Translations under genes and position numbers: made by a program | Part shown: piece after piece, positions 29,078 through 40,071 of the stretch | Layout: every line of letters begins with the position of its first letter | Numbering within the stretch: the first letter of the stretch is position 1 | The notes under the pieces: model-generated | Told to the model about the DNA's origin: nothing | The model's input: only the letters and a program-made list of their open reading frames with translations | Databases searched by the model: none | Origin: Nitrospirales bacterium | GTDB taxonomy: Bacteria > Nitrospirota > Nitrospiria > Nitrospirales > UBA8639 | Length of the DNA stretch: 64,000 nucleotides | Assembly (NCBI GenBank): GCA_963422365.1 | Contig: OY729426.1 | Location: forward strand, 1,408,001-1,472,000 | Reading direction: 5' to 3'

Positions 29078-30031
29078 CTAGACGTTGACAATAGCGCCCA
29101 TTTGGCGGAACTTTTTATATCGGTTTTCCAGGAGTTGTTCCGTCGACATGGTGAGAAGCTGGCTCAGTTGAGTGTGGAGGGTGTGGGCCACGGCTTGACA
29201 GATGGTTTCCATGTCGCGATGCGCGCCGCCGAGTGGTTCGGGTATGACTTCGTCGGCAATCCCTAATTTGAGCAATTCCGCGCCCGTCATTTTCAAGGCG
29301 GCAGCAGCCGTTTGCCTCTTGCCTGAATCGTTCCAAAGAATCGCTGCGCATCCTTCCGGAGAAATGACCGAGTAGATCGAGTGTTCCAGCATCACGATTC
29401 TGTCCGCTACCCCTAAAGCCAACGCCCCACCGCTTCCCCCTTCTCCGGTAATGAGGGCGACGACCGGAACCTTGAGTCGAGACATCACGAACAGGTTGTG
29501 GGCAATGGCCCGGGCTTGGCCCCGTTCCTCGGCTCCGACGCCAGGGTACGCCCCTGGGGTATCGATAAACGTGACAATCGGGCGTTTGAATTTTTCGGCT
29601 AACTGCATGAGCCGCAGGGCTTTTCGATAGCCTTCAGGATTGGGCATGCCGAAATTTCGTTCCACCCGATCCTGAAAGCTTTGTCCTTTTTCATGGCCGA
29701 TGACGCAAATGGACCGGCTCTGGAACGTCGCAAATCCGCCGACGATGGCTTTGTCGTCTCCGAAGATTCGGTCGCCGTGGAGTTCTACAAAGTCTCGGCA
29801 CAAATGTTTCGTGTATTGTAGAATCGACGGGCGTTGGGGATGGCGGGCGAGTTGCGTTTGCTGCCAGGGCGTCAGGTTTTCGAAAATTTCCTGCTTTTGC
29901 TTAGCTAACCGGGCTTGGAGAATGCGGATCAGGCGCGGTGTGGCTTTCGTCTCGGATCCCGATTTCCTCAGTTTCTCAAGACGTTCCTCAAGCGCTTTCA
30001 ACGGTTTTTCAAATTCTAAAAAATCACGCAT
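29078..30031 (-). CDS. accA: Acetyl-CoA carboxylase carboxyltransferase alpha subunit
   Basis: LARHPQRP, NFGMPNPEGYRKA, DTPGAYPG, SVISPEG. Confidence 0.97.
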   Translation of the reverse strand: MRDFLEFEKPLKALEERLEKLRKSGSETKATPRLIRILQARLAKQKQEIFENLTPWQQTQLARHPQRPSILQYTKHLCRDFVELHGDRIFGDDKAIVGGFATFQSRSICVIGHEKGQSFQDRVERNFGMPNPEGYRKALRLMQLAEKFKRPIVTFIDTPGAYPGVGAEERGQARAIAHNLFVMSRLKVPVVALITGEGGSGGALALGVADRIVMLEHSIYSVISPEGCAAILWNDSGKRQTAAAALKMTGAELLKLGIADEVIPEPLGGAHRDMETICQAVAHTLHTQLSQLLTMSTEQLLENRYKKFRQMGAIVNV

Positions 30032-30053
30032 AGGAGACTCGTTTGTGTGCACG

Positions 30054-33000
30054 TCAATGAAACATGACGGTTTCTTTTCCGAGAATTTGCTCCACTTCAT
30101 ACACCAAGTTCGAATTCGGCAAGACGGTTAAATTCCGCAACGGGGAGCTTTCCGCTCGAACCTGGGAATCGAGATGGAATTGAAAGGCGATCGGGACCGG
30201 CCCCGGGTGACGGTGTAACACTTCTTGCAGTTTGGGCAGCTTGTCCCATGTTTCCGGCGTTTCCGTCAGGCGCACCATGACCCGTTTCACCGTTCTGGTT
30301 TGTACGTCGTGCAGGGGCTCCAGTTTAGTGGCCTTGAGCCGAGCGCCCGTATCCATATGATCCACTGTGCCCATCGCTTGGATCACGGTATCCGCATGCA
30401 GGAATTCGGAACAATTTTGAAAGAGTTCAGGAAACACGATGACTTCGACCAAGCCGAGCAGGTCTTCCAATTGGACGTAGGCCATCCGCTTGCCTTTTTT
30501 GGTGGTGGTGGCTTTGATGCTGCCGATCACGCCGCAGATTTTGACTTCTTGGCCTTCGGTCGCCTCGTGTAAGGTGGCCGTGGTATGCGTCGACAGCAAG
30601 CGAATGGCTTCGGCGTGTTGGGTCAACGGATGGGCGGTGATATAGAACCCGGTGAGTTCTCGTTCAAATTGGAGGATTTGGGCTTGCTGCCATTCGTCAA
30701 TCGGGGGAAGCGGTCGAGCGAAGGCATGTGCGTCCGAGGAAGCGGTCTCCGCTTCAAAGACCTCGAACAATGAAGTCTGCCCAAGGGCTCGCTCCTGTTG
30801 AAGGGCGTTGGCTTCATCCAGTGTTTGTTCCATCACCGCCATCAATTGCGCCCGTTTGGTCCCCATGGAGTCAAAGGCCCCAACCTTGATCAAGCCTTCC
30901 AGCACGCGCTTGTTGACTTTTTGTATATCGATTCGGCAACAAAAATCGAAAAAAGACGAGAAGGGTTCCTCTGCTTCTCGACGCGTGATGATGGATTCAA
31001 TTGCACTGCCTCCGACGTTTTTGATGGCCGCTAGCCCAAATCGAATCCCTCCCTCTACGATGGTAAAGTTTTTCTGGCTCTCATTCACGTCAGGGGGGAG
31101 GATGGGAATCCCGCGTTCACGACATTCGGTAAAATAGCCTACCATCTTATCCGTATTCCCCATTTCACTCGTGAGTAACGCGGCCATAAATTCAGTGGGA
31201 TGATGGGCTTTCAAGTATGCCGTTTGGAACGTCACCAGGGCATAGGCTGCCGAATGGGATTTATTGAATCCATACCCGGCAAAGTAGGCCATTTGGTCAA
31301 AGATGGTTTCTGCTTTCTTTCTCGTAAAGCCATTGGTCTTGGCCCCGTCGAGAAACCGTTCTTTTTGCTTGGCCATCTCATCATGCTTTTTCTTCCCCAT
31401 GGCCCGACGGAGCAAATCGGCTTGCCCTAAACTGAACCCAGCCATGCGATTGGCAATGGCCATGACTTGCTCTTGATAGACGATGACCCCGTGGGTTTCT
31501 TTGAGAATGGATTCCAACTCTGGAGGGTCGTACGCAATTTTCGAGGGATCGTGTTTACGTTTGATAAAGTCTTCCACCATGCCGCTTTCCAAGGGCCCGG
31601 GCCGATAGAGGGCGAGGATCGCGATGAGATCTTCAAAGCATTCCGGTTTAATGCGGACCAATAAATTGCGCATGCCTGAACTTTCCAGTTGAAAGATCCC
31701 TGAGGTTTTGCCAGAGGCTAGGAGGGCATAGGTCTGTGCGTCATTCGGCGGAAGCCGTTCAATATCGAGCTGTTCTTCAGGGGCCCGTTGTTGGTTCACC
31801 ATGGTCACGGCCTGATGCATCATGGTGAGGGTTTTCAGCCCGAGAAAATCAAACTTCACCAAGCCCACTTTTTCGATGTCCGTCATCGAATATTGCGTGA
31901 CGATTTCGTCATTGGCCGTTTTATACAACGGCACGTGTTCGATCAGGGGTTTCTGTGAAATCACCACCCCCGCCGCATGCGTGGAGGCATGTCGCGCCAA
32001 TCCTTCGAGGGCTTGGGCCGTCGTCATGAGTTCCTTCATTCGTGTATCACCGTCGACTAACTCTTGCAGACGCGACTCTTGGGCTAAGGCGTCTTTCAAG
32101 GTGATGTTGAGTTGTGTCGGCACGAGTTTGGCGACTCGATCCACTTCGGCGTAGGGCATATCCATCACGCGCCCTACGTCTCGGATGGCAGCCTTCGCGC
32201 CCAATGTCCCGAACGTGATGATTTGGCACACATGGTCGGCGCCGTATTTTTCGATCACATAGTTGATGACTTCTCCCCGGCGATCCATGCAGAAATCCAT
32301 GTCGATATCCGGCATGCTCACCCGTTCGGGATTAAGGAACCGTTCAAAGAGCAAGTTGTACGCGAGTGGATCCAAATCGGTGATGGAGAGGGCATAGGCA
32401 ATCAAACTCCCGGCCGCCGACCCTCGACCTGGTCCCACCGGGATGCCGCGGAACCGAGCAAATTTAATAATGTCCCATACCACAAGGAAATAGCCGGCAT
32501 AGCCCATATGCGTGAGCACGGCTAATTCTTCTTGAAGGCGCAGATGGTAGGCCTCCAGCGGAAGGCTCGAAGGCCGGAGCGTCAGGCGTTCGGCCAAGCC
32601 CTCTTTGGCTAATTTCTCAAGGTAGGTTTCATGGGTGAATCCCTCAGGCACTTGGTAGTGAGGGAGCGATAAGGGGCCATCGATCCGGTCCAAATTGCAT
32701 TGTTCTGCAATTCGACAGGTGTTCAGCACGGCTTCCGGCAGCTCCGAAAAATCCGCAACCATCTCTTCCGTCGACTTGACGTACAGTTGGTCGGTGTCGA
32801 ACTTCAGTCGGTTCGTGTCGCTTAACGTTTTGCCGGTTTGCAGGCACAACATGATTTCATGCGGACGTGCATCTTCTTTGTTCAAGTAGTGGCAATCGTT
32901 TGTTCCCACCAAAGGAATGCCGAGTTTTTTATGGATGTCCACGAGGCCTCGGTTGGCGATCAATTGATGATCGAGCCCGTTGGCTTGAACTTCGAGATAA

Positions 33001-33518
33001 TAGTGGTCTTTCCCAAAGATCTCGCGGTATTGTCCGGCCGTGTGCGAGGCCTTTTCCATATCCTGTTGGCCGATAAGATAGGGCACTTCTCCGCTCAAAC
33101 ACCCGGATAAGGCAATGAGGCCCTCGTGGTGTTCTTGCAAGAGCTCTTTATCCATCCGGGGTTTGTAGTAAAACCCTTCAAGATAGGCCTTGCTCGACAG
33201 CTTGATGAGGTTATGGTAGCCCCTGAGATTGGTAGCTAGGAGAATTAAATGATAATAGTCATTATGCGCCAACAGGCCTTCGCGTTGTCGCCGACTGCCG
33301 GGTGCGAGATAGGCTTCACACCCGATGATGGGTTTCACCCCTTGGGCCATGGCCCTTCCATGGAAGTCGATTGCTCCAAAGAGGTTGCCATGGTCCGTGA
33401 TGGCGAGAGCAGGTTGTTGAAATTCCTGGACCTGCTTGAGAAGCGGACGCAGTTGATTTGCGCCGTCCAGTAGGCTGTACTGAGTGTGCAGGTGCAGGTG
33501 AACGAATTGGGAAGACAA
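30054..33518 (-). CDS. dnaE: DNA polymerase III alpha subunit
   Basis: HLHLHTQYSLLDG, GPGRGSAAGS, MPDIDMDF, GYGFNKSHS; no intein apparent. Confidence 0.98.
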   Translation of the reverse strand: MSSQFVHLHLHTQYSLLDGANQLRPLLKQVQEFQQPALAITDHGNLFGAIDFHGRAMAQGVKPIIGCEAYLAPGSRRQREGLLAHNDYYHLILLATNLRGYHNLIKLSSKAYLEGFYYKPRMDKELLQEHHEGLIALSGCLSGEVPYLIGQQDMEKASHTAGQYREIFGKDHYYLEVQANGLDHQLIANRGLVDIHKKLGIPLVGTNDCHYLNKEDARPHEIMLCLQTGKTLSDTNRLKFDTDQLYVKSTEEMVADFSELPEAVLNTCRIAEQCNLDRIDGPLSLPHYQVPEGFTHETYLEKLAKEGLAERLTLRPSSLPLEAYHLRLQEELAVLTHMGYAGYFLVVWDIIKFARFRGIPVGPGRGSAAGSLIAYALSITDLDPLAYNLLFERFLNPERVSMPDIDMDFCMDRRGEVINYVIEKYGADHVCQIITFGTLGAKAAIRDVGRVMDMPYAEVDRVAKLVPTQLNITLKDALAQESRLQELVDGDTRMKELMTTAQALEGLARHASTHAAGVVISQKPLIEHVPLYKTANDEIVTQYSMTDIEKVGLVKFDFLGLKTLTMMHQAVTMVNQQRAPEEQLDIERLPPNDAQTYALLASGKTSGIFQLESSGMRNLLVRIKPECFEDLIAILALYRPGPLESGMVEDFIKRKHDPSKIAYDPPELESILKETHGVIVYQEQVMAIANRMAGFSLGQADLLRRAMGKKKHDEMAKQKERFLDGAKTNGFTRKKAETIFDQMAYFAGYGFNKSHSAAYALVTFQTAYLKAHHPTEFMAALLTSEMGNTDKMVGYFTECRERGIPILPPDVNESQKNFTIVEGGIRFGLAAIKNVGGSAIESIITRREAEEPFSSFFDFCCRIDIQKVNKRVLEGLIKVGAFDSMGTKRAQLMAVMEQTLDEANALQQERALGQTSLFEVFEAETASSDAHAFARPLPPIDEWQQAQILQFERELTGFYITAHPLTQHAEAIRLLSTHTTATLHEATEGQEVKICGVIGSIKATTTKKGKRMAYVQLEDLLGLVEVIVFPELFQNCSEFLHADTVIQAMGTVDHMDTGARLKATKLEPLHDVQTRTVKRVMVRLTETPETWDKLPKLQEVLHRHPGPVPIAFQFHLDSQVRAESSPLRNLTVLPNSNLVYEVEQILGKETVMFH

Positions 33519-33729
33519 GGGGGGAACCTTAGACTACAGCATTATGATCGGGAGGAGAGGGCGGTTCCCTCGCTTCCATGGAAAAATTATTGACCACCGT
33601 GGATTATGAATGTGACGGAAAAGACAGAGACGGGGTGAGGAGATGATCGCACCGACGGGTTATGCCTTGGGCTTCGGCACAATCCCCCCCCCTATGCCCA
33701 CCCAAGTGAGCTTCCCCAAGTCCTGGAAA

Positions 33730-33758
33730 ATTCTAACCCTGGGTCTAGGGGATGTCAA
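33730..33758 (-). promoter_or_regulatory. Sigma70-like promoter upstream of dnaE
   Basis: Minus strand reads TTGACA-17 nt-TAGAAT. Confidence 0.6.
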
Positions 33759-33844
33759 CGAAGGTATCCGTCTCAACCAGGATGACAGAAAGACCGTACA
33801 AGATGAGGAGGATGTGGACTTCGAAACCCTTGGGTGATCGGAAG

Positions 33845-34348
33845 TTATTGATTTTTCCCCAAGCTCAGCTCGTATAATAACGCCTTCCAGCCTTGCTCTT
33901 CTGTAATGAACCCCTTGGGTTGGACCACCGGCAGCATGCCTGTCCCCGGGACTCGCCTCGATTGGCCCATGCTTCCGTTTTTCAGGACCCACATCAGTTC
34001 GCCGGGTGTTCGTAAGGTATGAAATTTCGGATTCGTGAAGTTGCGGGGTTGGATCGGAAGGTTCTTGGCTGCGGCGCCGTCGCCCTTACCTTCGGGTCCA
34101 TGGCAACTGACGCAACCCCCAACACCCAGGAAGATGGTTTTGCCCTCCGCCAGTATTTCCGGAGTCGGTTCAAACGGTGGCTTGACTTTTTTGGTTTTGG
34201 CTAATGCACCGGATGGAACACGAGAAATCGTGATGTCATATTCTCCGCCGGCTTGCCCGTATCCGGTTGGATTCACGCTCCAGGCCACTCCGGAAAATCC
34301 CACCCACAACCCAGCACTGAACGCGACACAGAGCAAACTCCTTCTCAC
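33845..34348 (-). CDS. Monoheme cytochrome c
   Basis: Signal peptide, CVSCHG, distal Met (TGMLP); GAGGAGG RBS. Confidence 0.9.
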   Translation of the reverse strand: MRRSLLCVAFSAGLWVGFSGVAWSVNPTGYGQAGGEYDITISRVPSGALAKTKKVKPPFEPTPEILAEGKTIFLGVGGCVSCHGPEGKGDGAAAKNLPIQPRNFTNPKFHTLRTPGELMWVLKNGSMGQSRRVPGTGMLPVVQPKGFITEEQGWKALLYELSLGKNQ

Positions 34349-34545
34349 GGCACTCCCTCCTCATAGATGAAGGTGTAATGATTAAGGCCTCGGACGAAAC
34401 GGATGCCCAGCCTTTGTAAAGGTTTACTCTAGCATTGCTGAAGAATTGCGGGCAATCACGCGGCGGGCATGTGTTGGTGTCATCCTCTGAGCCTTTTATT
34501 GGTCATTCTTGTTAGTCTTCACTCATTCGTCGACACTTCCTGCTG

Positions 34546-34726
34546 TCTCCTTCTGTCATTCTCTGTCAACGAGTGAGTGAATATTGACAATTCTGAGCGT
34601 AGCGCTTGTCCTGAGCGACAGCGAAGGGACTGTCTCTCGTTGAAAACCGAGATCTCTCAAAAAGCAGATCGTTGACGTCGTTCAGGATAACCACTCTGGT
34701 GTTTTGCTCAGGATGACAGAAGGAGA
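34546..34726. repeat. MITE/REP-like element with 14-bp perfect terminal inverted repeats
   Basis: tctccttctgtcat (34546-34559) / atgacagaaggaga (34713-34726); internal CTGAGCG..AGCGAAGG-type palindromes. Confidence 0.6.
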
Positions 34727-34854
34727 ACGCAGGGTATTCTCCTGTTAGGAGGCAGGGGAAGGTGTTATGCTAGAATGCGGATCGATCCAAAATCTGACGG
34801 GCCAAGGAGTTGACGGGGAGATGACTCTGACACGAATCCCCTGGGGGCATATCT

Positions 34855-35472
34855 ATGCCTTTTGATGAACGGACCAGAATTCGCTATTTCTCAGGCATGC
34901 GTCGCCGGATCGTTGAATTACGAGCACAATCGGAACGCAGTCTGGATTTTGCCATCGACACGATGATGCTGGAACGCGCTGAAAGTTACTTCAAGGTTGA
35001 AACCGGTCTGGTGGAAATCGAGCGGATGGTGACGCTTATCGAAGAGGAATTGGGTGAGGTCCAGGAACTGACCCATGCTCAACGCCTGGAAGCCCGCCTG
35101 GAATTCATTGAGGATCGTTTTGAAGATTTCGATAGCGAAATCTATCAACGTCCCAAGCGACGACGGCGAAAAATCAATCTGTTTGATTTCTTTAAGAAAG
35201 CGGCCGGCAATGGTGAGGTAACGGCTTCTCAAGGAGAAATCAGCTCTCACCAAGAAGCGTATCAGGCCTTGGGCCTAGATTTTGGGCGATCGATGGTGGC
35301 GGTCACCCGGGCCTTTCGTCAAAAAGCCAAAACACTGCATCCCGATTTTAATAAAGGTGACCGTAGCGCCGAACCCGAACTGCGGCGCATCATCGAGGCG
35401 TACCAATTTCTCAGGGCGGATTCCTCGATCCCTCGCACTGAAGCCCACGGGGCGGAAGACCAAACACGGTAA
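34855..35472 (+). CDS. C-terminal J-domain protein
   Basis: AYQALGL...AFRQKAKTLHPD...IIEAYQFL. Confidence 0.85.
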   Translation: MPFDERTRIRYFSGMRRRIVELRAQSERSLDFAIDTMMLERAESYFKVETGLVEIERMVTLIEEELGEVQELTHAQRLEARLEFIEDRFEDFDSEIYQRPKRRRRKINLFDFFKKAAGNGEVTASQGEISSHQEAYQALGLDFGRSMVAVTRAFRQKAKTLHPDFNKGDRSAEPELRRIIEAYQFLRADSSIPRTEAHGAEDQTR

Positions 35473-35490
35473 GGCTAAGCGCCGTCAGGG

Positions 35491-35851
35491 TCATGCTCGC
35501 TCCCGTTCCAAGAGTTTCTTCGCCGTTTCAGGGGGCAGGGCAAGGATGACCATTTTGTCTTTTTCGACTAAGGGACGTTGGAGCAGGATAGGTAATCATC
35601 AGTTCGATCAATTCATCTTCGGACTTGTCGGCTTTGGCGAGGCCTGACGTTTCATACGGCTCTTCTTTCGTGCGTAGCACTTCCTAGGCGTTGAGCCCGC
35701 CCTTTTTCAGTAAGGCTGTGAGTGTGGTTTTCGACTAGGGTGTTTCGTAATAGTTGACGGCCGTAAAGGCTTGTACGCTTTCCTGAACGAGCTTCACGAC
35801 TTGCCGACATGTTGAACCCGTTGGTTTCTGGTAGATGGTGATGGGTGCCTT
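35491..35851 (-). pseudogene. arsC: ArsC/Spx-family protein pseudogene
   Basis: ITIYQKPTGSTCRQ...VNYYETP*...LRTKEEPY...ELIELMITYP/LQRPLVE; two stops, one frameshift, AAG in place of ATG behind an intact AAAGGAGG. Confidence 0.75.
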
Positions 35852-35970
35852 CGGTTCCTCCTTTCACGAAGGCTCCTCGTTATCTTGACGGAATTTTTCT
35901 GTGCGTGGTACAAGCTGGCGGGACAGCCCTGTCCGTAACCTTCTTGTATGAGACGGCGCCTCCCACGATT

Positions 35971-36339
35971 ATGGCAACCCCACAGGTTCCTGAGGACATT
36001 GAATTTGAGGTGGCGATGGATTCCCGTCGGAGCTTAAAAGATCTTCGTGTACGCAAACACGGACAACCCGTTTGCGTCGTGGGATCTGGTGAGGATCGGA
36101 AAGGCAAAGAAGCCGTCTTTCAACATTTCAATGTTCGCTTGGCCATCGTGAAATTTCCTGATGGAAAAATCCTGGGCTATGATCCGCAGGACCTGTTGCT
36201 GCCGTGCGAGATTCATGAGGATGGAGAAGCGTTTTTTGAAGTTCGTCCCTGCGTGCTGTGCAATCAAATCTTCCCTTTGACTTCCGATGAATTTCGAGCC
36301 GAGCAGGAGCGGATCGAATGTCCTGAATGCCAGCCGTGA
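35971..36339 (+). CDS. Hypothetical protein with C-terminal zinc-ribbon (CxxC..CxxC)
   Basis: CVLC and CPEC motifs; plausible globular composition. Confidence 0.65.
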   Translation: MATPQVPEDIEFEVAMDSRRSLKDLRVRKHGQPVCVVGSGEDRKGKEAVFQHFNVRLAIVKFPDGKILGYDPQDLLLPCEIHEDGEAFFEVRPCVLCNQIFPLTSDEFRAEQERIECPECQP

Positions 36340-36350
36340 TCGTTGGAAAC

Positions 36351-37202
36351 TCAGTCATCGCCCCATTTCAGTTTATTCCGTAAGACATCATAGTACGTCC
36401 GGTCAGGAAAGCGGATGAGGCGTGTTCTGTGGGGTGAGGCGTTCATCCGTAACGTGTCTTCATGCTCCATGGGAATTCCGATTTGTCCATCAAATGTCAC
36501 GGTGCCCCCCTCGTTGCTGGTTAATTGGATCTCAAGCAATACTTGGCTTGGGACAAGGAGGGGACGGTGGGTGAGGGTATGGGGGCTGATGGGCGTCAGG
36601 ACCATGGTTTCGAGACGTGGGTCTAAAATCGGGCCGCCGACAGACATGGAGTAGGCCGTGGACCCGGTTGGAGACGCAAGAATCAAGCCATCGCCTCGGA
36701 GCGTCGTCACGAATTGTGTGTCTATCTGAATGCTCGTGGTGATCATTCGTCCCGAGGTCCCTTTGCTGATGACCGCGTCGTTCAATGCCGTTCGTTGTTG
36801 TTGTTCTCCGTTTTTGTGACAGATACGGGCCTGGAGGCGTAGACGGTGATCTACATAAAATTCTTGTGCAAAGACTTTTTCCAGAGAGTCGTACATCGTT
36901 TCTACCGTGCTCTCCGTCAGAAACCCCAAGCCTCCCAAATTGACCCCTAAAATAGGGATGGATCGTTCTTCGACGAGTCGGGCTGCCCGCAACATCGTCC
37001 CGTCTCCGCCGAGCACGAGCACAAGGTCGGCCTCAGCGGCAATTTGCTCGTCAATCGGTTGCTTGCCTTCGTAAAAGTATTCCCCGGAGGAGGAGCCGAA
37101 CAGGACGGTTTTCTGTTTCCGTTCGAGCCAGTCGAGCAGTTCCTCGAGGAGGGGGCGAATGTCGGGAAATTGGGGCTTGGTTAAGATGCCGATGATGGTC
37201 AA
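36351..37202 (-). CDS. nadK: NAD kinase
   Basis: GGDGTML, GVNLGGLGFL, ALND, DGLILASPTGSTAYS; start (TTG) uncertain. Confidence 0.95.
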   Translation of the reverse strand: MTIIGILTKPQFPDIRPLLEELLDWLERKQKTVLFGSSSGEYFYEGKQPIDEQIAAEADLVLVLGGDGTMLRAARLVEERSIPILGVNLGGLGFLTESTVETMYDSLEKVFAQEFYVDHRLRLQARICHKNGEQQQRTALNDAVISKGTSGRMITTSIQIDTQFVTTLRGDGLILASPTGSTAYSMSVGGPILDPRLETMVLTPISPHTLTHRPLLVPSQVLLEIQLTSNEGGTVTFDGQIGIPMEHEDTLRMNASPHRTRLIRFPDRTYYDVLRNKLKWGDD

Positions 37203-37412
37203 GAGCGACTCATGCCTGTAGGCAAAAGATAGGTCAGTGAAGGGGAGCTGAAACTGTGAGACATGCCCGCACCGTTTTGAAGAGATAGACAAAAAATTGT
37301 ATCGTTCACCACATCCGGAGTCAACGGAGAAATGTTGCGAGCGTTCTGTCGCTCTTGACGTCGGCGTCGGAATATGAAACCTTACGTTATCAGTCTCAGT
37401 CGTGGCCGTGCC

Positions 37413-37442
37413 TTGACAGGTTTCTGATTGGATGGATACACT
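37413..37442 (+). promoter_or_regulatory. Sigma70-like promoter upstream of clpC
   Basis: TTGACA-18 nt-TACACT. Confidence 0.5.
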
Positions 37443-37512
37443 AAATATCGTTTGCCGATGGGATTGACCTAACTCGTAAAGGGTGCATCTCTTTACCTTA
37501 GAAGGAGAGAAA

Positions 37513-39942
37513 ATGTTCGAGCGATTCACGGACAGAGGTCGTAAGATTATAATTCTGGCCCGCGAAGAGGCTGAACGCCATCAGAATGACTATCTGGGCA
37601 CGGAGCATTTAGTGCTGGCTATTCTCCGTGAGTCCGATGGCATTGCCCTCATGATCATTAAAAAAATGGGGTTGTCTCCCGAGCAGATTCGTTTAGAAGT
37701 TGAACGCAGTTTGCCCAGTGGTGGGACGACCATCACCTTCGGGGAAATTCCCTTTAGCCCCCGTGTCAAGAAGGTTATTGAATACGGTGTCGAAGAGGCT
37801 CGGCTTCTTGGACATAATCATATCGGGAGTGAACATCTCCTGTTGGGGTTGTTGCGAGAAGAGGAAGGGATCGGCGGAAAGGTGCTTCGCAGTTTAGGCG
37901 GCAATCTGCTCACGGCTCGTCAATTGACCGTGACCTTCTTGCGGAAATCGGGAACACGGGAGCGGGAGAAGAAAAGCAGTACCCCAGCGCTCGATGAATT
38001 CGGCAGAGACCTAACGCAACTGGCCCAAGATTCCATGTTGGATCCCGTCATCGGCCGCGGAGATGAAATCGAACGGGTCCTGCAGATTTTGAGCCGTCGT
38101 TCTAAAAATAATCCGGCCTTGATCGGCGAATCCGGGGTGGGTAAAACCGCGATCGTTGAAGGGTTAGCCCAACGAATCATCTCGATGGATGTTCCTGATA
38201 ATCTCTTGAACCGGCGGGTGATTGCGTTGGACCTGGGGTCTCTGGTTGCCGGCACGAAGTATCGAGGGCAATTTGAGGAACGGCTAAAGGTGGTCATGAA
38301 GGAAATTGTTCAGGCCGGCAACGTTATCTTGTTCATTGATGAGCTGCATACCTTAGTTGGGGCTGGGGCGGCTGAAGGGTCGATCGATGCCGCCAATATG
38401 CTCAAGCCGGCGTTGTCTCGAGGCGAGATTCACTGTATCGGGGCGACCACCATGGATGAATACCGAAAGCATATTGAGAAAGACGGCGCCTTGAAACGGC
38501 GGTTCCAGCCTATTTACGTGAATCCGCCTTCCGTGGAAGAAACCGTGAAGATTATTCAAGGCTTGAGGGACCGCTATGAAGAGCATCACGGCGTGGAAAT
38601 TTCGGATGATGCAGTGGTGGAAGCCGTGAAATTGACTGATCGCTACATCACGGATCGGTTTCTGCCTGATAAGGCGATTGATTTGATTGATGAGACAGGG
38701 TCGCGAGCCAAGTTGCAATCGTATTCACTGCCTCCGGAGTTGAAATCGTTGGAACAGGAACTCAAGCGCGTGGCACACGAAAAAGAACTCGCCATTGGGT
38801 TGCAAAGCTTTGAAGATGCCGTGCAATTCCGGGAAGAAGAAGAACGACTGCGTAAACTGTTGGAGGATGCCAAGCGTGATTGGAAGAAGAACCAAGAGCA
38901 GCACAAGCCTGTCATTGGGGCCGAGGAAGTCAGTTTTGTGGTGTCCAAGATCACGGGCATTCCGCTCTTTAAACTCGAGGAGGAAGAGTCTGAAAAACTA
39001 CTTCACATGGAAGACTTCCTCCACAAACGTATCGTGGGGCAAGAAGAAGCCATTTCGGCTGTCTGCCGCGCCATTCGTCGTTCACGAGCCGGTCTCAAAG
39101 AGTCGCGTAAGCCGATCGGCTCCTTTATCTTTCTAGGACCGACGGGTGTCGGGAAAACCGAGTTGGCCCGGGCCTTGGCGGAGTTCTTGTTTAATACCGA
39201 AGATGCCTTGATTCGAATCGATATGTCTGAATACCAGGAGAAATTTACGAGTTCTCGGTTATTCGGTGCCCCTCCGGGGTACGTCGGCTATGAAGAGGGC
39301 GGGCAGTTGACCGAGAAAGTGCGGCGGCGTCCCTATTCGGTGGTGTTGTTCGATGAAATTGAAAAAGCCCATCCGGATATCTTCAATGTCCTCTTACAGG
39401 TCTTGGATGATGGACTGCTCACGGATAGCCTGGGGCGGAAAGTTGATTTCAAAAATGCTATTCTCGTGATGACGTCCAATCTCGGAACAAAGCTTATTCA
39501 GAAGGGTGTGTCTCTTGGGTTCCAAAAGGTCGAAGAGGCTGAAACTCGGCAGCGAATGAAGAATGATGTGTTGGATGAATTGAAACGGAGTTTCAGTCCG
39601 GAATTTTTGAATCGGATCGATGATTTTGTGGTCTTCCATTCGTTGGAAAAAGAGCATCTGCTGAACATTGTCGATATTTTGATCCGCGAGTTGAACGACC
39701 GATTGGCGGAGCGTGACGTCCAGTTAGAGATCGGCGACGACGTCAAGCAATGGCTGATTGCACAAGGGTATCAACCGCAGTACGGGGCCAGGCCCATGAG
39801 ACGAACCATACAAAAGCTTCTGGGTGATCCCTTGTCCGATGAACTCATTCGAGGGCGCTTCAAGGAGACTAAGAAAATTAAAGTCGTGCTTCGAGATAAC
39901 GCTCCTATTTTTGTTGAAGAAGAGGCGATGGCGAGTGTCTGA
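37513..39942 (+). CDS. clpC: ATP-dependent Clp protease ATPase subunit ClpC
   Basis: MFERFT Clp-N repeats, two Walker A motifs ([16 protein letters not shown]), short middle domain. Confidence 0.95.
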   Translation: MFERFTDRGRKIIILAREEAERHQNDYLGTEHLVLAILRESDGIALMIIKKMGLSPEQIRLEVERSLPSGGTTITFGEIPFSPRVKKVIEYGVEEARLLGHNHIGSEHLLLGLLREEEGIGGKVLRSLGGNLLTARQLTVTFLRKSGTREREKKSSTPALDEFGRDLTQLAQDSMLDPVIGRGDEIERVLQILSRRSKNNPALIGESGVGKTAIVEGLAQRIISMDVPDNLLNRRVIALDLGSLVAGTKYRGQFEERLKVVMKEIVQAGNVILFIDELHTLVGAGAAEGSIDAANMLKPALSRGEIHCIGATTMDEYRKHIEKDGALKRRFQPIYVNPPSVEETVKIIQGLRDRYEEHHGVEISDDAVVEAVKLTDRYITDRFLPDKAIDLIDETGSRAKLQSYSLPPELKSLEQELKRVAHEKELAIGLQSFEDAVQFREEEERLRKLLEDAKRDWKKNQEQHKPVIGAEEVSFVVSKITGIPLFKLEEEESEKLLHMEDFLHKRIVGQEEAISAVCRAIRRSRAGLKESRKPIGSFIFLGPTGVGKTELARALAEFLFNTEDALIRIDMSEYQEKFTSSRLFGAPPGYVGYEEGGQLTEKVRRRPYSVVLFDEIEKAHPDIFNVLLQVLDDGLLTDSLGRKVDFKNAILVMTSNLGTKLIQKGVSLGFQKVEEAETRQRMKNDVLDELKRSFSPEFLNRIDDFVVFHSLEKEHLLNIVDILIRELNDRLAERDVQLEIGDDVKQWLIAQGYQPQYGARPMRRTIQKLLGDPLSDELIRGRFKETKKIKVVLRDNAPIFVEEEAMASV

Positions 39943-40071
39943 ACATTCGACGATGCCTCGGTTACGGTAAGACGACCGTCATTCACAGCTTGTTCCCCTT
40001 CCCTTGAGAGACGACTCTCGTTACCCCATGTGGCGAGAGTCGTTGTTTTTTATGACAACCTTCCCCCAGTG

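Noticed and set aside
30054..33518. Possible intein in dnaE
   Set aside because: Length and motif spacing are normal, and no intein motifs were seen.
33643..33837. 64-aa plus-strand ORF
   Set aside because: It has no recognisable motif and overlaps the likely dnaE promoter on the opposite strand.
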